Assembly: GCF_009914755.1 (NCBI RefSeq)
Contig: NC_060942.1
Length of the DNA stretch: 64,000 nucleotides
Direction: 5' to 3' (one strand)
DNA from: the human T2T-CHM13v2.0 reference genome, Homo sapiens
Below the pieces are notes generated by a model. It did not search any database and was not told where the DNA came from. It saw only the letters and a list, made by a program, of their open reading frames with translations. Made by a program: the position numbers and the translations under genes. Below are positions 31,845 to 48,052 of the stretch, piece after piece (the stretch's first letter is position 1; each line of letters starts with the position of its first letter).

Positions 31845-32190
31845 AGCAATATTAAGTACCTACCGTGTGCAAAAGCAAAAAAAGACATGGTCCCTGCCCT
31901 CATGGAGCTCACAGTCTAGCTGAAGCAGACAAACAAGTCACAAATACAATGGCAAAGCACCAGGGAAGCATTATGGAGGAAAGGATTGGTTCTGCCTGGA
32001 GTATGCAGGGCAGGCTTCCCAGAGATGGAGACAATGAAGCTGGGTCTTGGATGAGTAGGAGTTCACCAGATGAAGGGGAAGGGGGTAAGCACATTCCAAG
32101 CAGAGCAAACAGCGTATGAGCAAGCAGAGTCTTGAAAGCGCATGCCATGGTGCAGGACGATGAGTGTTCCAGCGCAGCTAGAGCAGAAAA
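31845..32190 (-). mobile_element. L2 3' fragment hosting the MBD2c terminal exon
   Basis: Minus strand ...ctagactgtgagctccatgagggcagggaccatgtc...gcacacggtaggtacttaata is the classic L2 3' terminus. Confidence 0.8.
31971..32177 (-). CDS. MBD2: Coding part of the MBD2c/MBD2t alternative terminal exon (68 aa + TAA; total protein 302 aa)
   Basis: Acceptor cttttctgctctag|CTG in phase 0. Reads LRWNTHRPAPWHALSRLCLLIRCLLCLECAYPLPLHLVNSYSSKTQLHCLHLWEACPAYSRQNQSFPP*, which I recognise as the C-terminus of the short human isoform. Not shown in the ORF track. Confidence 0.93.
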   Translation of the reverse strand: MRWNTHRPAPWHALSRLCLLIRCLLCLECAYPLPLHLVNSYSSKTQLHCLHLWEACPAYSRQNQSFPP

Positions 32191-32949
32191 GTGCACACAA
32201 ACTGAAGAGATGAATTAGTGTTTGGTTTTTGATGAAACATAAGTGTCAGAAAATAAATCTGCACATTACACTTAACATAACTAAACTGTGGTTCTGGTAA
32301 CAGTACAGTAATCTAAAAGTACTCTTCATTTCATAAATACTGAAGCCCCTTTTATAGGTACCCAGCACTGTGTTTTAAGATGGCAATTTTAGAAAAATAC
32401 ACCTGAATTTTCCTCTGTGCATTTAAGAAGCAAAGTAACCCCAGAATAAAGGTTTCCTGAAGCTGAAATCACAGTGATTTACACACACACAAGGTCCTAA
32501 CTTTTGCTAACTTGGGCTCCCTCTACTGCTATTCTTACCTTTCTTAACATCTTCATAATGACCAACTCAAATCCACCCCATAGTTAAGCAATACAGAGGC
32601 AATTTAGCCTTCTCTTTCATTCTGCCTCTCTAAACAAAGGACCTGCCAATGTCCCTATGAAAACCAATGCGAGGTATGATATGAAGAAACAATGCATTTT
32701 GACCTCTGTATCAATTATCAGGAATTATATTACTGTAAACTGCACAAATTGAGTGAAGCCAGGTATGAAGCAGAGACCCCATGCCCCTCAGAAAATGTAA
32801 CATGACAAGAGGCAAGAGAGCTCGGGTCAGAAAGTTTCCAATGCAGGCCACCAGGCAACACTGTTCACCAAGGTGGCTTGGTGCTCAGGAAGGGGGTGGC
32901 TTAGGGAACGAGCAGTGTGGAAAGCAAAGGAATTAACATAGGTCAAATT

Positions 32950-33160
32950 TACTTTGCTAGATGTTCTATATAAATTCCCATTTACTCCTTACAACAATGC
33001 TAAGGGAAAATTTTCTTACTTTAATTTTACCAATGAGAAACTGAAGGCCCTTGGAGCCTAAGAAAGTTTCTCATGACTGCATCAGCTAATAAGTAGCAGA
33101 GCCAGTTCACCAAGCCATGCCTTCCTGGGTCCAAAGCCCTTCTTATTCCACTACACTGCC
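32950..33160 (-). mobile_element. MIR SINE
   Basis: catttactccttacaacaat...attttaccaatgagaaactgaagg...cagctaataagtagcagagcc. Confidence 0.7.
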
Positions 33161-33427
33161 ACTGGGTTCCTAAAATGAACACACACTCCCAAGGGACTTA
33201 TGGGGTTACATCAGTCACATCTTAAGAAAGAGAGCCCCTACTTCTCCCTCCACTATGTTCACTGTCAGTGTGAAGACAATGGTGGTGGCAATACCCATAC
33301 ACACAGATCCTTGAAGTTTAGAGGAAGAAAAACTAAGAAAAAATAGTCACATATGTTTAGTTGTCCCCAGGGAAAAAGCAGCTTTCTTTGTAAAGATATT
33401 GGGTCCTTTAACATAATTAAATTAGTA

Positions 33428-33506
33428 CAGGCTTAAGTATCTCTCATCTGAAATGCCTGGGACCAGAAGAGTTTCAGATTTCAGATATTTTTCAGATTTG
33501 GAATGT
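33428..33506 (+). mobile_element. Tigger4/MER46-like terminal fragment
   Basis: ta|caggcttaagtatctctcatctgaaatgcctgggaccagaagagtttcagatttcaga. Confidence 0.65.
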
Positions 33507-34072
33507 TCAAACTGTATCATAATTCAAATGAGATTTGCTTAAATTGCTATACAATAAACTATCAACCAAACAGCTCGATAAAACTAAGCGCTAACGGAAA
33601 AATATCCAAACATAGAATTAGGATATTATTCAAAAAGTCATTATCCTCAACATCATCAAAGGTCAAAAAAACACTGCCCTTTCTCAAAATCTGAACCTGA
33701 AAATCAATACGTAATTATAAACTATGGGGTGAAGATACCTGACACATTAAAATTTTGCCACTTTTTGGTCAACAGGAACTATTTTGAGGGGAAAAAGAAA
33801 AAAGGAGACAATTAACACCAAAGAAACCTTTTGTAAACAGCCCCAGTGGGTCAGAAAGTATGATGTTCACTGACCTAGAGAGATACTGAAATGCTGTTTT
33901 CTACTGTGCACAATTTACTTATGCTCTCTCTTGCTGGGACAGGGTGGGCAGGGTATGGGGACATGCACGGGACATTTGGACAACCAAAATTCCAGTCACT
34001 TAATTATGATGTGAGATACTTTTTGAAGAGCTTTCGAAGTAGCATATACATGCGATAAGTAAATTAACCAAC

Positions 34073-34232
34073 CTTATTTTGATTGAGAGGATCGTTTCGC
34101 AGTCTCTGTTTGTTCTTCTGTAATTTACTAGGCATCATCTTTCCAGTTCTGAAGTCAAAACTGCTGAGATCAACAGTATTTCCCAGGTACCTTGCCAACT
34201 GAGGCTTGCTTCTGAACTTCTTACCACTTGGA
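34073..34232 (-). CDS. MBD2: MBD2 coding exon 2 (rest of the MBD)
   Basis: Acceptor ctttcttctag|T completes the Ser codon. Reads SPSGKKFRSKPQLARYLGNTVDLSSFDFRTGKMMPSKLQKNKQRLRNDPLNQNK. Donor AAG|GTTGGT; 160 nt restores phase 0. Confidence 0.98.
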
Positions 34233-34364
34233 CTAGAAGAAAGTAAGGTTAATTGAACAAAAGGCAACAATATTCTCCACATAAGCCTTTTCTTCATGTC
34301 TTCCCCTACCCTCAATTGATACCCCATTCTAATTTTACATATTTTTAAAGAAATGTTAAAGTTT

Positions 34365-34687
34365 TGCTAGGCGCGATGGCTCACGCCTATAATCCCAGCA
34401 CTCTGGGAGGCAGAGGCAGGTGGATCACCTGAGGTTAGGAGATCAAGACCAGTCCGGCCAACATGGTGAAACCCCGTCTCTGCTAAAAAAAATAAAAAAA
34501 TAAAAAATACAAAAAATTAGCCGGGCATGGTGGTGGGCGCCTGTAATCCCAGCTATTCAGGAAGCTGAGGCAGGAGAATCGCTTGAACTCAGGAGGTGGA
34601 GGTTGCAGTGAGCCAAGATCGCGTCACTGTACTCCAGCCTGGGCAACAAGAGCAAAACTCTATCTCAAAAAAAAAAAAAAAAAAAAA
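34365..34687 (+). mobile_element. AluS-like, antisense to MBD2, ~130 nt upstream of the exon 2 acceptor
   Basis: Expanded middle A-linker; TSD gttaaagtttt. Confidence 0.95.
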
Positions 34688-35022
34688 GTTAAAGTTTTAC
34701 AGGGAACTCCGTAACTTCCCTGTAAGAAAAAATCAAGTGTCACCTAATATAATGCTCCCCTAGGTAGTCCACTGGAATACATAACATGTTGCCACAGCCT
34801 ATCCCACTGGTCACTCAGCAACTACTGCGAGAACCTAAATCCAAACTTCATGCACAGTGTAACAGGCATACTAAAAATGTCTTCAATCTCACAAACTTCC
34901 TTTCCAAATTGATTTTGAAATGCTTTTTTTTTCCCTGCAAGTACTACATATACAACTACGCCAGCAATAATCAGAAAAAACTTGAGAACAAATTCTTCTC
35001 AAGTCAGCAACCCTTGTTTAAA

Positions 35023-35025
35023 ACA

Positions 35026-35059
<34 letters not shown>
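35023..35059. repeat. (CA)n microsatellite
   Basis: Direct reading; one TA interruption. Confidence 0.95.
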
Positions 35060-36830
35060 AATATGTGGAATCTATGTGATATCTGAGCTACCAATTTGGG
35101 CTCATAACACTCACAATAAAAAAATTCTTACATCTTGACAATATTTAAATGCTCTCTAATACTACTGAAATGAGAAAACTAGAGCAAATATTTGTGAACA
35201 TGCTTGTACAATGCTGACCTGAGTTTTGTTAGCCAAACTCCTCCCTTAGGGAAGCATATGAAGAATAATTTACTTCTTGTAAGTAATACTGCCAAAGCTG
35301 GAAAGTTACAAAAGTGCCAGAATTATACGGAGGACTAGTCTTTCCTAAAAAATTTTTTTCCTGTGTGGCATTAATCTGTAAGAAAGTTTTTATAGGAATA
35401 ATGCCCCAAAGTGTTACCTAATAAATTTTCTGAACTAAATAAATGTGCTAGAACAAAGTCAGTGTGATATGTCACAAGAAAATTGTGAGAATTGTAGAAT
35501 ACTTCTCAAAGAAGCCAATGTGTCACATTTAGAACTTAACCTTGCACCAAGTGACCACAATAAAAGAAAAATAACTCATAGGAAGATAAAAGGAAAAAGG
35601 CTGAAAAACCAAGCAATAAATATTCTCTTGGAACAAGAAAACTTCTATCTGGGTCAAATACACAGCAATACACCCCGGACTTGTCACAAACTCTTTGGTA
35701 TTCTGTCCCACCACACTTCAAGATAACTGAAGATGCTATCAACATTCTTTTTCCACAACCACATGACTTAAGTATTCGTGAAACACAATTCAAGGTATAG
35801 AGTTCAGCAGGCAGATGAAAATAACAACCAGTAACAACAAGAACAATACAAGAAAAAACCAGAGGAAAGAGTACAGGATTCTACACAAGCAAAGCTCAAC
35901 TCCAACTCTAACCTAGACTTCCAGAATACTCGGTATCACAAAATAAAATAGCAAGTCACTCGCAATATTGTCCGAAACTTGAACCATCTCTGCCCACCAG
36001 AGTTCCACCCCAAAACCTGATCTTCTATATTCCGCACCTGTGTCAGTGGCGCTGCTGTCCACTTAGTGCTTTATTCTCCAAGCTAGAAGGCCACATCACA
36101 ATCTTTCAGCGCCCCCATGTCTCAGCCACACATCCAGTACCAAGTTCTAAATGTTCAAGCTCCTCAATGTTGACAAAAAAGCTTCACCTCCTTAATAAGT
36201 CATCGAAAGCTTTATATCTGTTATATAATTTTTCCCAGACTCTTTTCCCACCAGCTTTGGTAGCCTACATTCCAAACTCTAAATCACCAAAATATGCCAT
36301 ATACCTTTGAATCTTCCAGTCATGTCTTTCCAGATGGAAGGAGGAGCACAGCAACATCCTGCCTATCAAAAAGCTATTAAATCCTCCAAGCCCAGCTAAA
36401 ATATCCTCCACCTCAACTAGGAAGTCTTCTGGGATTCTTCAATTCAAGTCAGAAATAATCTACTACCACTCGAAATTCTATTTTCATTACAATATTTCCT
36501 ATATATTTCCTTGCTGAGTCAAACAACAATGCCACTCTTAAACTTCAAACACCATTATAGGCTAGCACTGAACAAGGTAACTTTCTGAGAGCAAAAAACG
36601 TTATCAGTTCAATACTAAAGGATGTAGTTTTCATTTGCAGACACAATGGGATAAATATTATTGTTTATTTAAAAGTTATATGGCAAAGAATTTTTAAAAC
36701 TAAGCTAGAAAATATTTTCATGATTAATGTGTTTTACCACATAAGAAATAAAGTATTACTAATGACCTAAATTAATATGAAAAATTAGTAACATTACTCT
36801 GCCATTATGTCACTTATAAAATGCTGCAAT

Positions 36831-37196
<366 letters not shown>

Positions 37197-37285
37197 TTAT
37201 TGGTAAACGACATTCTGATAAACTAGTTAACATACCACAAAAAAATGAAAACACAAAATCCACAAAATAAAAATGACAATTCTGT

Positions 37286-37595
<310 letters not shown>

Positions 37596-38087
37596 TCAGC
37601 TGTCTCTCACATAGATCTCTTTTGTGCAATAAAAAACAGCTCTAGAGTAGACACCTTATTTCAACAAATTCATTTTCCAGAAGATGAAATACTCAGGCAG
37701 TAACTCTTACCAAAAAGATAAGCATACTGTTCTTAGCTTATGGCTTAGAGACAAATAGGAAGCTATTTATGAGGGAATCAATTGACAAACTTCACAAATT
37801 AAACCTGCAATAAGTAGTTCCTTATCTTAAAGTTGAAATGTCAGTTATCCACTGCAGCTGAAAACATAATAGAGCCTCACCACAATGTTCCTCTACAGAA
37901 CAAAACTCATTAGAGACCAGTTCATTTTAGATCTCTCCCCCAAATCAAGATAATTTGAACTCAATTAAAAGGCTATACTCACGAAATGTGATCACTTATG
38001 TTTATCATCTAGATTAGCAGTTCATCAGCAGTTTAACACGGCTTCATATTATTTCTATTGTTTATTAATTTTAAAAATGAAATGGGG

Positions 38088-38404
<317 letters not shown>

Positions 38405-39893
38405 TTATTATAAACAAAAAGGCTAGACATCCTTTACTAATAAACTAAGTTGGCAATGAAGGAAAAAAGGTAGAAGTTTTAACTATTAGCATATCCAAAA
38501 GAAAGCTGGAATATTCACTAGTAACCAGTAAATTCTTATTCATAATGAATAACCATTTCCTGTTTTACAGATGGAATTCTATGAAACATCTGTATTGGAT
38601 AGCTACAAGTATCTATCATATATACTGCTGCCTTCAGAAAACAGTAGTACAAGCCATTTTCTTCTCCGTAACTGCTACAGTCTGTCTGTGGTGCTTTAAG
38701 GAAAGTCAACCTGGCTGCCCCAGGGGATTTTAGGCCAGAGACTTTACTCTTCAGGAGGTGAAAGCAAACATGGAGGAGGGCAAGGCCCAAGGGAATGATT
38801 AAGTAGGAATTCTGCCCATGAGATGAGATACAGACCATCTGTACAGTAGCAAACTGACCCTGGGAGAGGCAAACTGAGGAAATAAATGCTAGATGAACAA
38901 AAAGACTGTCACCTAAGTTCTAGTCTTACCCAAAGTGATTAAGTTTAATCACCTGTCTACCCTCAATAATGGCTGCTGTAGGTCCTGGTCTCAGAAACAC
39001 CAAGACTTAAAGTGACTAAGCTTTTATTTTAAAAGCATCAATTTGTAACTTAGGGAAGTTCAAAAACTCTAGAAGACTGAGTGAAGGATATTAGTCATTT
39101 TCAGTTCTCTCTGCCCATTATGATTACTTCTAATCCCAGTAATGAAATACTATTTCACTTTCAACCACAAAAAAAAATTCCCTACCAACTGCCCCCTAGA
39201 TATGCCATTCCTGAACCAACTGTGATCACACCTTTAACTTCTTCTACCCACTATTTAAATAAACTCTGAAAAAAGCCCTGAAGAAACATACTAATTAAAT
39301 GAAAATCAAAACATGAATTGTATTTTTCCAGTTCACATAGGAACATTTCATCACTTAAAAATAAAAATAAAATAACAAAAAAAAAGTAATTGAAACCAGA
39401 AATACTCAGATTACGCTCACTTTAATTTAGTGGTACTCATATTTTGTCGCACTGTGAACTTACCTGTAATTACCATTACCTGAGCTAGACAACTATAATA
39501 TGCCCTGCCAGTCTATGACATAAAATTACATCTCCAGAAGACCTGCTGCCTGCATGTGAAACTGTACTCTGAAATCACCGCTCTAATATAGCAGAAGATA
39601 CCTTTTCTTGTTTCTTTGATAACATGGATAATCATAATGTTCAGTCAAACCATTATGAGGCCAGGGCTCTAAATAAACACAAGTCTATTTTCAAATCAAT
39701 TTCTAACATGATGGGGGTAGCAGTCACCAGACTGGAGTAAGATGAAATGGCCTGTGAGTGACAAGGGGTGTCACAGATGGCAGATGGCTAGCTAGATAGC
39801 TAAACAGCATGTTCAGAGGCACATCACTTCCCATCAGTATCAGGAAATACTTTATGGGGAATAATAAAAATCTCCACACTAAAAATTCTGTAA

Positions 39894-40245
<352 letters not shown>

Positions 40246-40462
40246 AACTTTCTATTTTTTAAAATCTCTTTAAATGTTAACACTTACTTCTCACTTACAA
40301 CAGTAAGTATTCAACGAAACATTTCCCTAACTTTAAATAACAATTTTCTTCAGAAATCAAACTTCATCTGAGACTAAAAACATGAAATTAGAATTATTGT
40401 TTTGTACTTAGATACAAAACAATCAGAAACCCGCCAAATTAAAAGAATGTATATTATTGCTA

Positions 40463-40463
40463 T

Positions 40464-40496
<33 letters not shown>

Positions 40497-40510
40497 CGCA
40501 AGCACGCACG
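40463..40510. repeat. (CA)n microsatellite decaying into CACG units
   Basis: Direct reading. Confidence 0.92.
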
Positions 40511-40915
40511 AGAAAAATCTACCTAAGTCAGCTCCCTGTACCTCCTTAACTCCTTTCCCCTTAATCTTTAAATGTAGGCCTTTCCTACAATGCACCATCC
40601 TCAGCACTCCTCTACAGCTTGTCCCTGATAGATTTTATCTGCTCTTATTTTATTCATATCTCCCATGTCTGATCACTTCCTAAGTGATCACCTTTAAACA
40701 CAGCCTTCCTTTCCATTGCCACTGCCCAAATCAAGTCTGCATCACCTCAGGTCTAAATCACTATGATAAGCTAACTTTGCTCGTCTCTTTGCATTCTACA
40801 CTATCCACATAGCCCTTCCTAAAACACCACTTTGACAACAGCTCTGGCTTAACAGCTTTCAGTGGACTTTTACCCCATAAGCAAAAAAGCCAAACATCTT
40901 AGGCTTGCATTTTAG

Positions 40916-41155
<240 letters not shown>

Positions 41156-41822
41156 TAACCTTTCAACCCTACTTTCCACTCTTACCTAGTGACCTTTGCT
41201 CCAGCCATATTGGTTTAATCACTCTATTCTGAATAGTCTAAATGGCTTCTACAGTTCTTTGCAAGCACCATGTCTTCTACTTGGTCCATAATGCATGATG
41301 CTACCCCTAGTCTCCAAGAGCCCAGAAATACCAATCCACCTTATATACTACCTCTTCCACAAAGCCTTCACAGAACCCAGTAATAGGAATTTTCTTTCCT
41401 CTGAACCCATATAGTAATTATTGCCTATGTTAGGCAAATAATCATGAACTGCCTGTTGGCCTCATTCTAGCTTTGAAACACTGAGTTCTGCACTGGTAGA
41501 AATTTTCACAAGTTACATCTTCTCAAATAGCATATTGAATACTTATTTATGAATGAACTTACTTGACGTCAGATTTCCTTCAAATAATGAAGGTTGGGTC
41601 AGGAGTAGTAAATTGGGATGGGGATGAAATAAGATTGACTATGTGTTGACAAATTGTTTAAGCTGGGTAGTTCCCACTACTTTTGTATGTATGAATGAAA
41701 ATTTCTCTATTTTGTTTAAACATTAAGTATGCTAGCTGAAGATTTCCCCCCAAAATAGGAAAGCTTTAAAAAAAAAATATCAAGACTCTGGGCAAGTCAA
41801 TTTGAGCATTAAAGAATTTGCT

Positions 41823-42119
41823 GGTTGGGCAAAGTGGCTCACACCTGTAATTCCAGTACTTTGGGAAGCCGAGGCGGACAGATCACTTAAGCCATGAGTT
41901 CAAGACAAGCCTGGGCAAAAAAGGCGAAACTCAGTCTCTACAAAAAAAACACAAAAATTAGCCGAGCATGGTGGCACGTGCCTGTAGTCCCAGCTACTCA
42001 GGAGGCTGAGGTGAGAGGATTGCTTGAGCCTGGGAGGTTGAAGCTGCAGTGAGCCATGACCACATCACTGCACTCCAGCCTGGGCAACAGAGCAAGACCC
42101 TGTCTCAAAAAAAAAAAAA
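41823..42119 (+). mobile_element. AluJ-like
   Basis: Full-length diverged Alu. Confidence 0.92.
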
Positions 42120-42240
42120 TTCCTTGGCAGTGGGGATGGGTGGGGAAGGATTATGGGGGCGGGGGGGGGGATTATTTTTAAAGTATAAGGAAAAAATTTA
42201 TTAGAGTAAATTACTATAGCTAATAGTATTATCTCTATTT

Positions 42241-42553
42241 CACGGATCCCTAAGCCCTAGCCCTGGCCACTGACCGTGGCCCGTTAAGAACCGGGAGGTA
42301 CAGCAGGAGACGAGCATTACAGCCTGAGCTCTGCCTCGTGTCAGATCAGTGGCAGCTTTAGATTCTCATAGGAGCATGAACCCTACTGTGAACTGTACAT
42401 GCGAGGGATCTAGGTTGCATGCTCCTTATGAGAATCTAACTAATGCCTGATGATCAGAGGTGGATCAGTTTCATCTCAAAACCATTCGGGATCCATGGAA
42501 AAACCGTCTTCCATGAAACCGGTCCCTGGTGCCGAAAAAGTTGGGGACCACTG
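42241..42553 (+). mobile_element. MER1B hAT-Charlie MITE (second copy)
   Basis: Clearly homologous to 13247-13574; ends gttggggaccactg. Confidence 0.85.
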
Positions 42554-42689
42554 CTCTGTATCATTTGTTTAAAAAATTAAAAACCAGGGTATGCCACTAA
42601 AATGCGAAAAAATGAATTTATGTAGAATTCTACCTAGTCTCATCCTTAAGGCATTTGCTTTCTGAGAAAGGAAAAAAGAAAAATACTGG

Positions 42690-43220
42690 TTATTTTGGTT
42701 GAATTGGGGACTAGACACTGCTACGACACTGTCAGAAATTAAGTATGTTTGGGAATTATTTCAAAATATAACTAGGGGGAACGGGGTGAATACAGATAAA
42801 GCAAGACTGGCCAGGAGCTGGTAACTGTTGAAACTGGATGACTATATAGGGATTCATTATACTTTTCCATCTATTTTTGCCTATGTCTGAACTTTTCCAT
42901 AATTACAAGTGTGTGTATGTAGGTATATGTGTGTGTGTATACACATATATATCCTTACACATATATCTTACATATATACATACACACACATATTAATATT
43001 TACTTAGACAAATATGCCCAAAAACCAGACTGGAAGCTACTATGTCAAAATTAGCAGTGGTTCTCTTTTCTTTCTTTCTTTTTTTTTTTTTTTTTTAACA
43101 ACAAACATTGCCTGATAAAACAGTAGTTCTCTTTGGGACTATAATAATGACTGTCATTACTTCACTATACTCTTCTATATTTTCCCAACTTTCCCACTGA
43201 GCAGGGGTTACTTTTATAAC
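42690..43220 (+). mobile_element. Old L1ME-like 3' UTR fragments with a TG/TA/CA low-complexity tract
   Basis: gataaagcaagactggcca...ctgttgaaactgg...ggattcattatact...ttttccataat. Confidence 0.5.
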
Positions 43221-43246
43221 CCATACATACTATACATATATATATA

Positions 43247-43573
<327 letters not shown>

Positions 43574-43812
43574 TATGCATAATATTTTTTTAAAACTCTG
43601 AGGAACCTTTATAACCTAAGGTCTGCCCTAATCACATTTCAGAATACAACAAAATACAGTAAACCTTCACATAATTACCAAGCATGCGCTTCTATTTCTG
43701 TTGGCTAATTAAACGAAGAGAAAGGAGCTAACATTTTACTGATGCACTAACCACCTACACATGGCAAGCACATTTAATCTCAAAAAATTTCCACGAGGTA
43801 GAATTCTTTTAG

Positions 43813-44114
<302 letters not shown>

Positions 44115-44564
44115 TCCACAAGGTAGAATTCTTACACTAGATTTATAGTTGAGGAAACAAAAGCTTACAAAAACTTATCCATCCAAGATTAACACAGTAA
44201 AGCAAGATACAAGCCCCGATCTTCTGACTCAAAAGTCTCCATTGTTTATTCTAAACCAGGACAACCAAAGTGTGGTCTGTGTGCAAACTTACTGGTCCTC
44301 AAGTAAGTCCACAAGTGTAGAGAAAGCATTTGGAAACTGTCATGGTAACTTGACAGGGTAAGTTTATGTGACTCAGGAATCTGGTACTAAGAAGTTGCAA
44401 CATGTTTTTTGTATGTTCACTTTTACTTCATTTTTCTCTTCTTTTTTAATACAGACCACTCGAACAAACGCTTCACATTTACAGCAAAACAAAAAATAAA
44501 TTAGTTAAAACTAGATAGAAACATAGCCTCCCAAGATGATACAAAAGCAATTTCTGAGGATAGA

Positions 44565-45251
<687 letters not shown>

Positions 45252-45860
45252 TAAATCATTTTAGACCTAAAAGCCTAGGTAATATATATACATCAACACT
45301 ACACACACACAAGTTTGAGGAAAAAAATTACATTTACTTCAGCTATTCAATATTTGTATACCTGATTTAGTGCAAGGCAGGATGCTGGTAACTGCAGCCC
45401 CTATAAGGGGAGTCAGGCCTATGTATACAGCCAGATTAACCATAACTTTTTGGATTAATAGAGAAATGTATTTACTGTTTGCTTCACTTAGCGAAGATTT
45501 ATGAAAAACGTTCCATATTATACCAGGGACTATGCTGGATACTGAAGATTCAAAAATGAATCAGACACAGCTCCTGACACTGAGGAGGTTCAGAATCTCA
45601 TGGGTAACAAAGACTTGCCAACTATTTCTTAAAGCAAATGTGATAAGAGTTAACAGAGTAATACTCAAATGCCATAGGAGTTTCCCATTTCTGCTAGGGG
45701 ACTCTAGGAAAGGCTTTTTAAAAGAGATGAATGCCTGTTAAAAAGAATTTTAAGGACACGCATCCTTGCTTATCCATGCATTCTTCCAGTATAAAAATAA
45801 CAAAGAAAAGAATACCAAGACACAGCATTCAAAAAAAAAAATCTTCAAAAGGGGATGATG

Positions 45861-46190
<330 letters not shown>

Positions 46191-47755
46191 TTAAAGGGGA
46201 CGATGTTCTTCTTCCTCACATCTGTAAAACACTCGATTACTCCTGAGAAATGCGAAGTGTTCAATTTTAAAATCTAATTTTAAATTTTATTATTTATATT
46301 CACATAGAGTTTATGTACATCAAGTTCCCAAAATGAGTTTGAATTTGTATTATACTGAGAACAAAGACAGGATGAAATCATGAAATCTGCAGATATTATT
46401 CAAACTTCATTATATTCCATATTTTTATTCTCCTTCCTTGGGAAGTTTTAGTTTTTAGAAGTTCTGATAAAATTAAGTAAAACACCATATTACAAAATTT
46501 TCCTAATCGTTTCTCACTGGAAATGGCAAAGAACAATGAAAGATCAATACATAAGAGCTGTAAGAGGCATTAAGATTCCCAGCCAAACACTAAATCCAGG
46601 AAGAGTTTATGGTTTATTTCTAATTCATCATGCATGTCTTGAGAAGATTTTAAACATGAGTAAAAAAGTTATGAATTTCTATGAGCCCCACTATAGAATC
46701 TAAAAACCAAAATCAAAAAAAGCATCACTTCCTTTAACATTCCATTAAAACTAAATTATGAAAAAAATGATGATATCTCATTAACTAAATTTTTAAAAGC
46801 AATGTGAAAAAATCTACCAATTTCTGTTGGAGATTATTTTTAGAATGTATATGCATCAGTTCCTTTGAGCTATGTATTTCCTCTAATACAAGTATTGTGG
46901 GTGTTGCGGCAGGTGAGACTTTGCATGTCAGATTCTAAAAATCAGATGTAGGACAGACAGCAATGCTGCACCCTAACAAAAATTCCTTTGGTATCTCACA
47001 AAAAGATGTGATAGTACAGCTAAGGAAGATATATCAGAGCACAATCTCCACCACACCTATGTCTTTCATTTCTGGGTGCAGGCTTCAATCACACAACATC
47101 AAGAGAAAAGACTTAAAGCAAGCCAAACTTTCTATTATGCAATTAAGCTCTTAATAAATATTGGATTTCTTTCCTTTCTCTAACTAGAGATTTTTAAAAA
47201 ATTGATCTGTACGGTATATTTCAACTGTATCTCAAACCTCAATATCTGAGAAATAACAGGGTTAATCCTAGGTTGAACATTTATCAAAGAGAGAATATTT
47301 CTGAACAAATTGATCACTTTTATTACTCAGAACAATACTGCTTTAATTATGTGGATTTATTACATTTTTTTCCCCTCCAGGATTATTTAAAGCTGGAGGG
47401 TTATCCTTTGGTACAATAGCTTCACTACCAAATAGGATTTAAAATTTACCCTTTGACATCTTCAGGATACAAGTGTAATAGTAAATAATCACATTATCTC
47501 AATGGCACACTAAGCCCAATAAAGTAGATTAGACATGGGGTGTTGCAATATTTGAGAATACAAGTAGGGATCTCTATGCCATGCAACAGAGCATGGTGGT
47601 TAGGAGTTCTGAGGTTAAACCACCAGCTTCAGGTTGTATCTTTGCACTTACTAGCTGTACAACCCCAAGCACACTACTTCCCTTTGCTAACTCCCAATCT
47701 GTAAAATGGAGATAACTGTACCTGTTTCATAGGGTTATAAGAATCCAGTATGATA

Positions 47756-48052
47756 GGCTGGGCGCGGTGGCTCACGCCTGTAATCCTAGCATTTTGGGAG
47801 GCTGAGGCAGGTGGATCTCAAGGTCAGGAGTTCAAGACCAGCCTGACCAACATGGTGAAACTCCGTCTCTAACTAAAAATACCAAAATTAGCCAGGCGTG
47901 GTGGTGTGCACCTGTAATCCCAGCTACTCAGGAGTCTGAGGTAGGACAATCACTTGAACCCAGGAGGCGGAGGTTGCAGTGAGCTGAGATTGCACCACTG
48001 CACTCCAGCCTAGGTGACAAAGTAAGACTCCGTCTCAAAAAAAAAAAAAAAA
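47756..48052 (+). mobile_element. AluS-like inserted in a MIR (~47575-48105)
   Basis: TSD aatccagtatgata; MIR core atctgtaaaatggagataa on the left, catgtaaagcatttagca on the right. Confidence 0.93.

Noticed and set aside
31909-32196. 95-aa minus-strand ORF over the MBD2c exon
   Set aside because: Wrong frame; splicing from exon 2 in phase 0 gives the LRWNTH frame.
34064-34327. 87-aa ORF as a stand-alone gene
   Set aside because: It is MBD2 exon 2 with intronic read-through on both sides.
34697-34725. 10-bp inverted repeat TTACAGGGAA / TTCCCTGTAA
   Set aside because: Short enough to occur by chance in 64 kb, with no supporting context.
39458-39570. Consensus donor CAG|GTAAGT at 39464 in intron 1
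   Set aside because: No convincing pyrimidine-rich acceptor within exon distance; lone donors are common in long introns.
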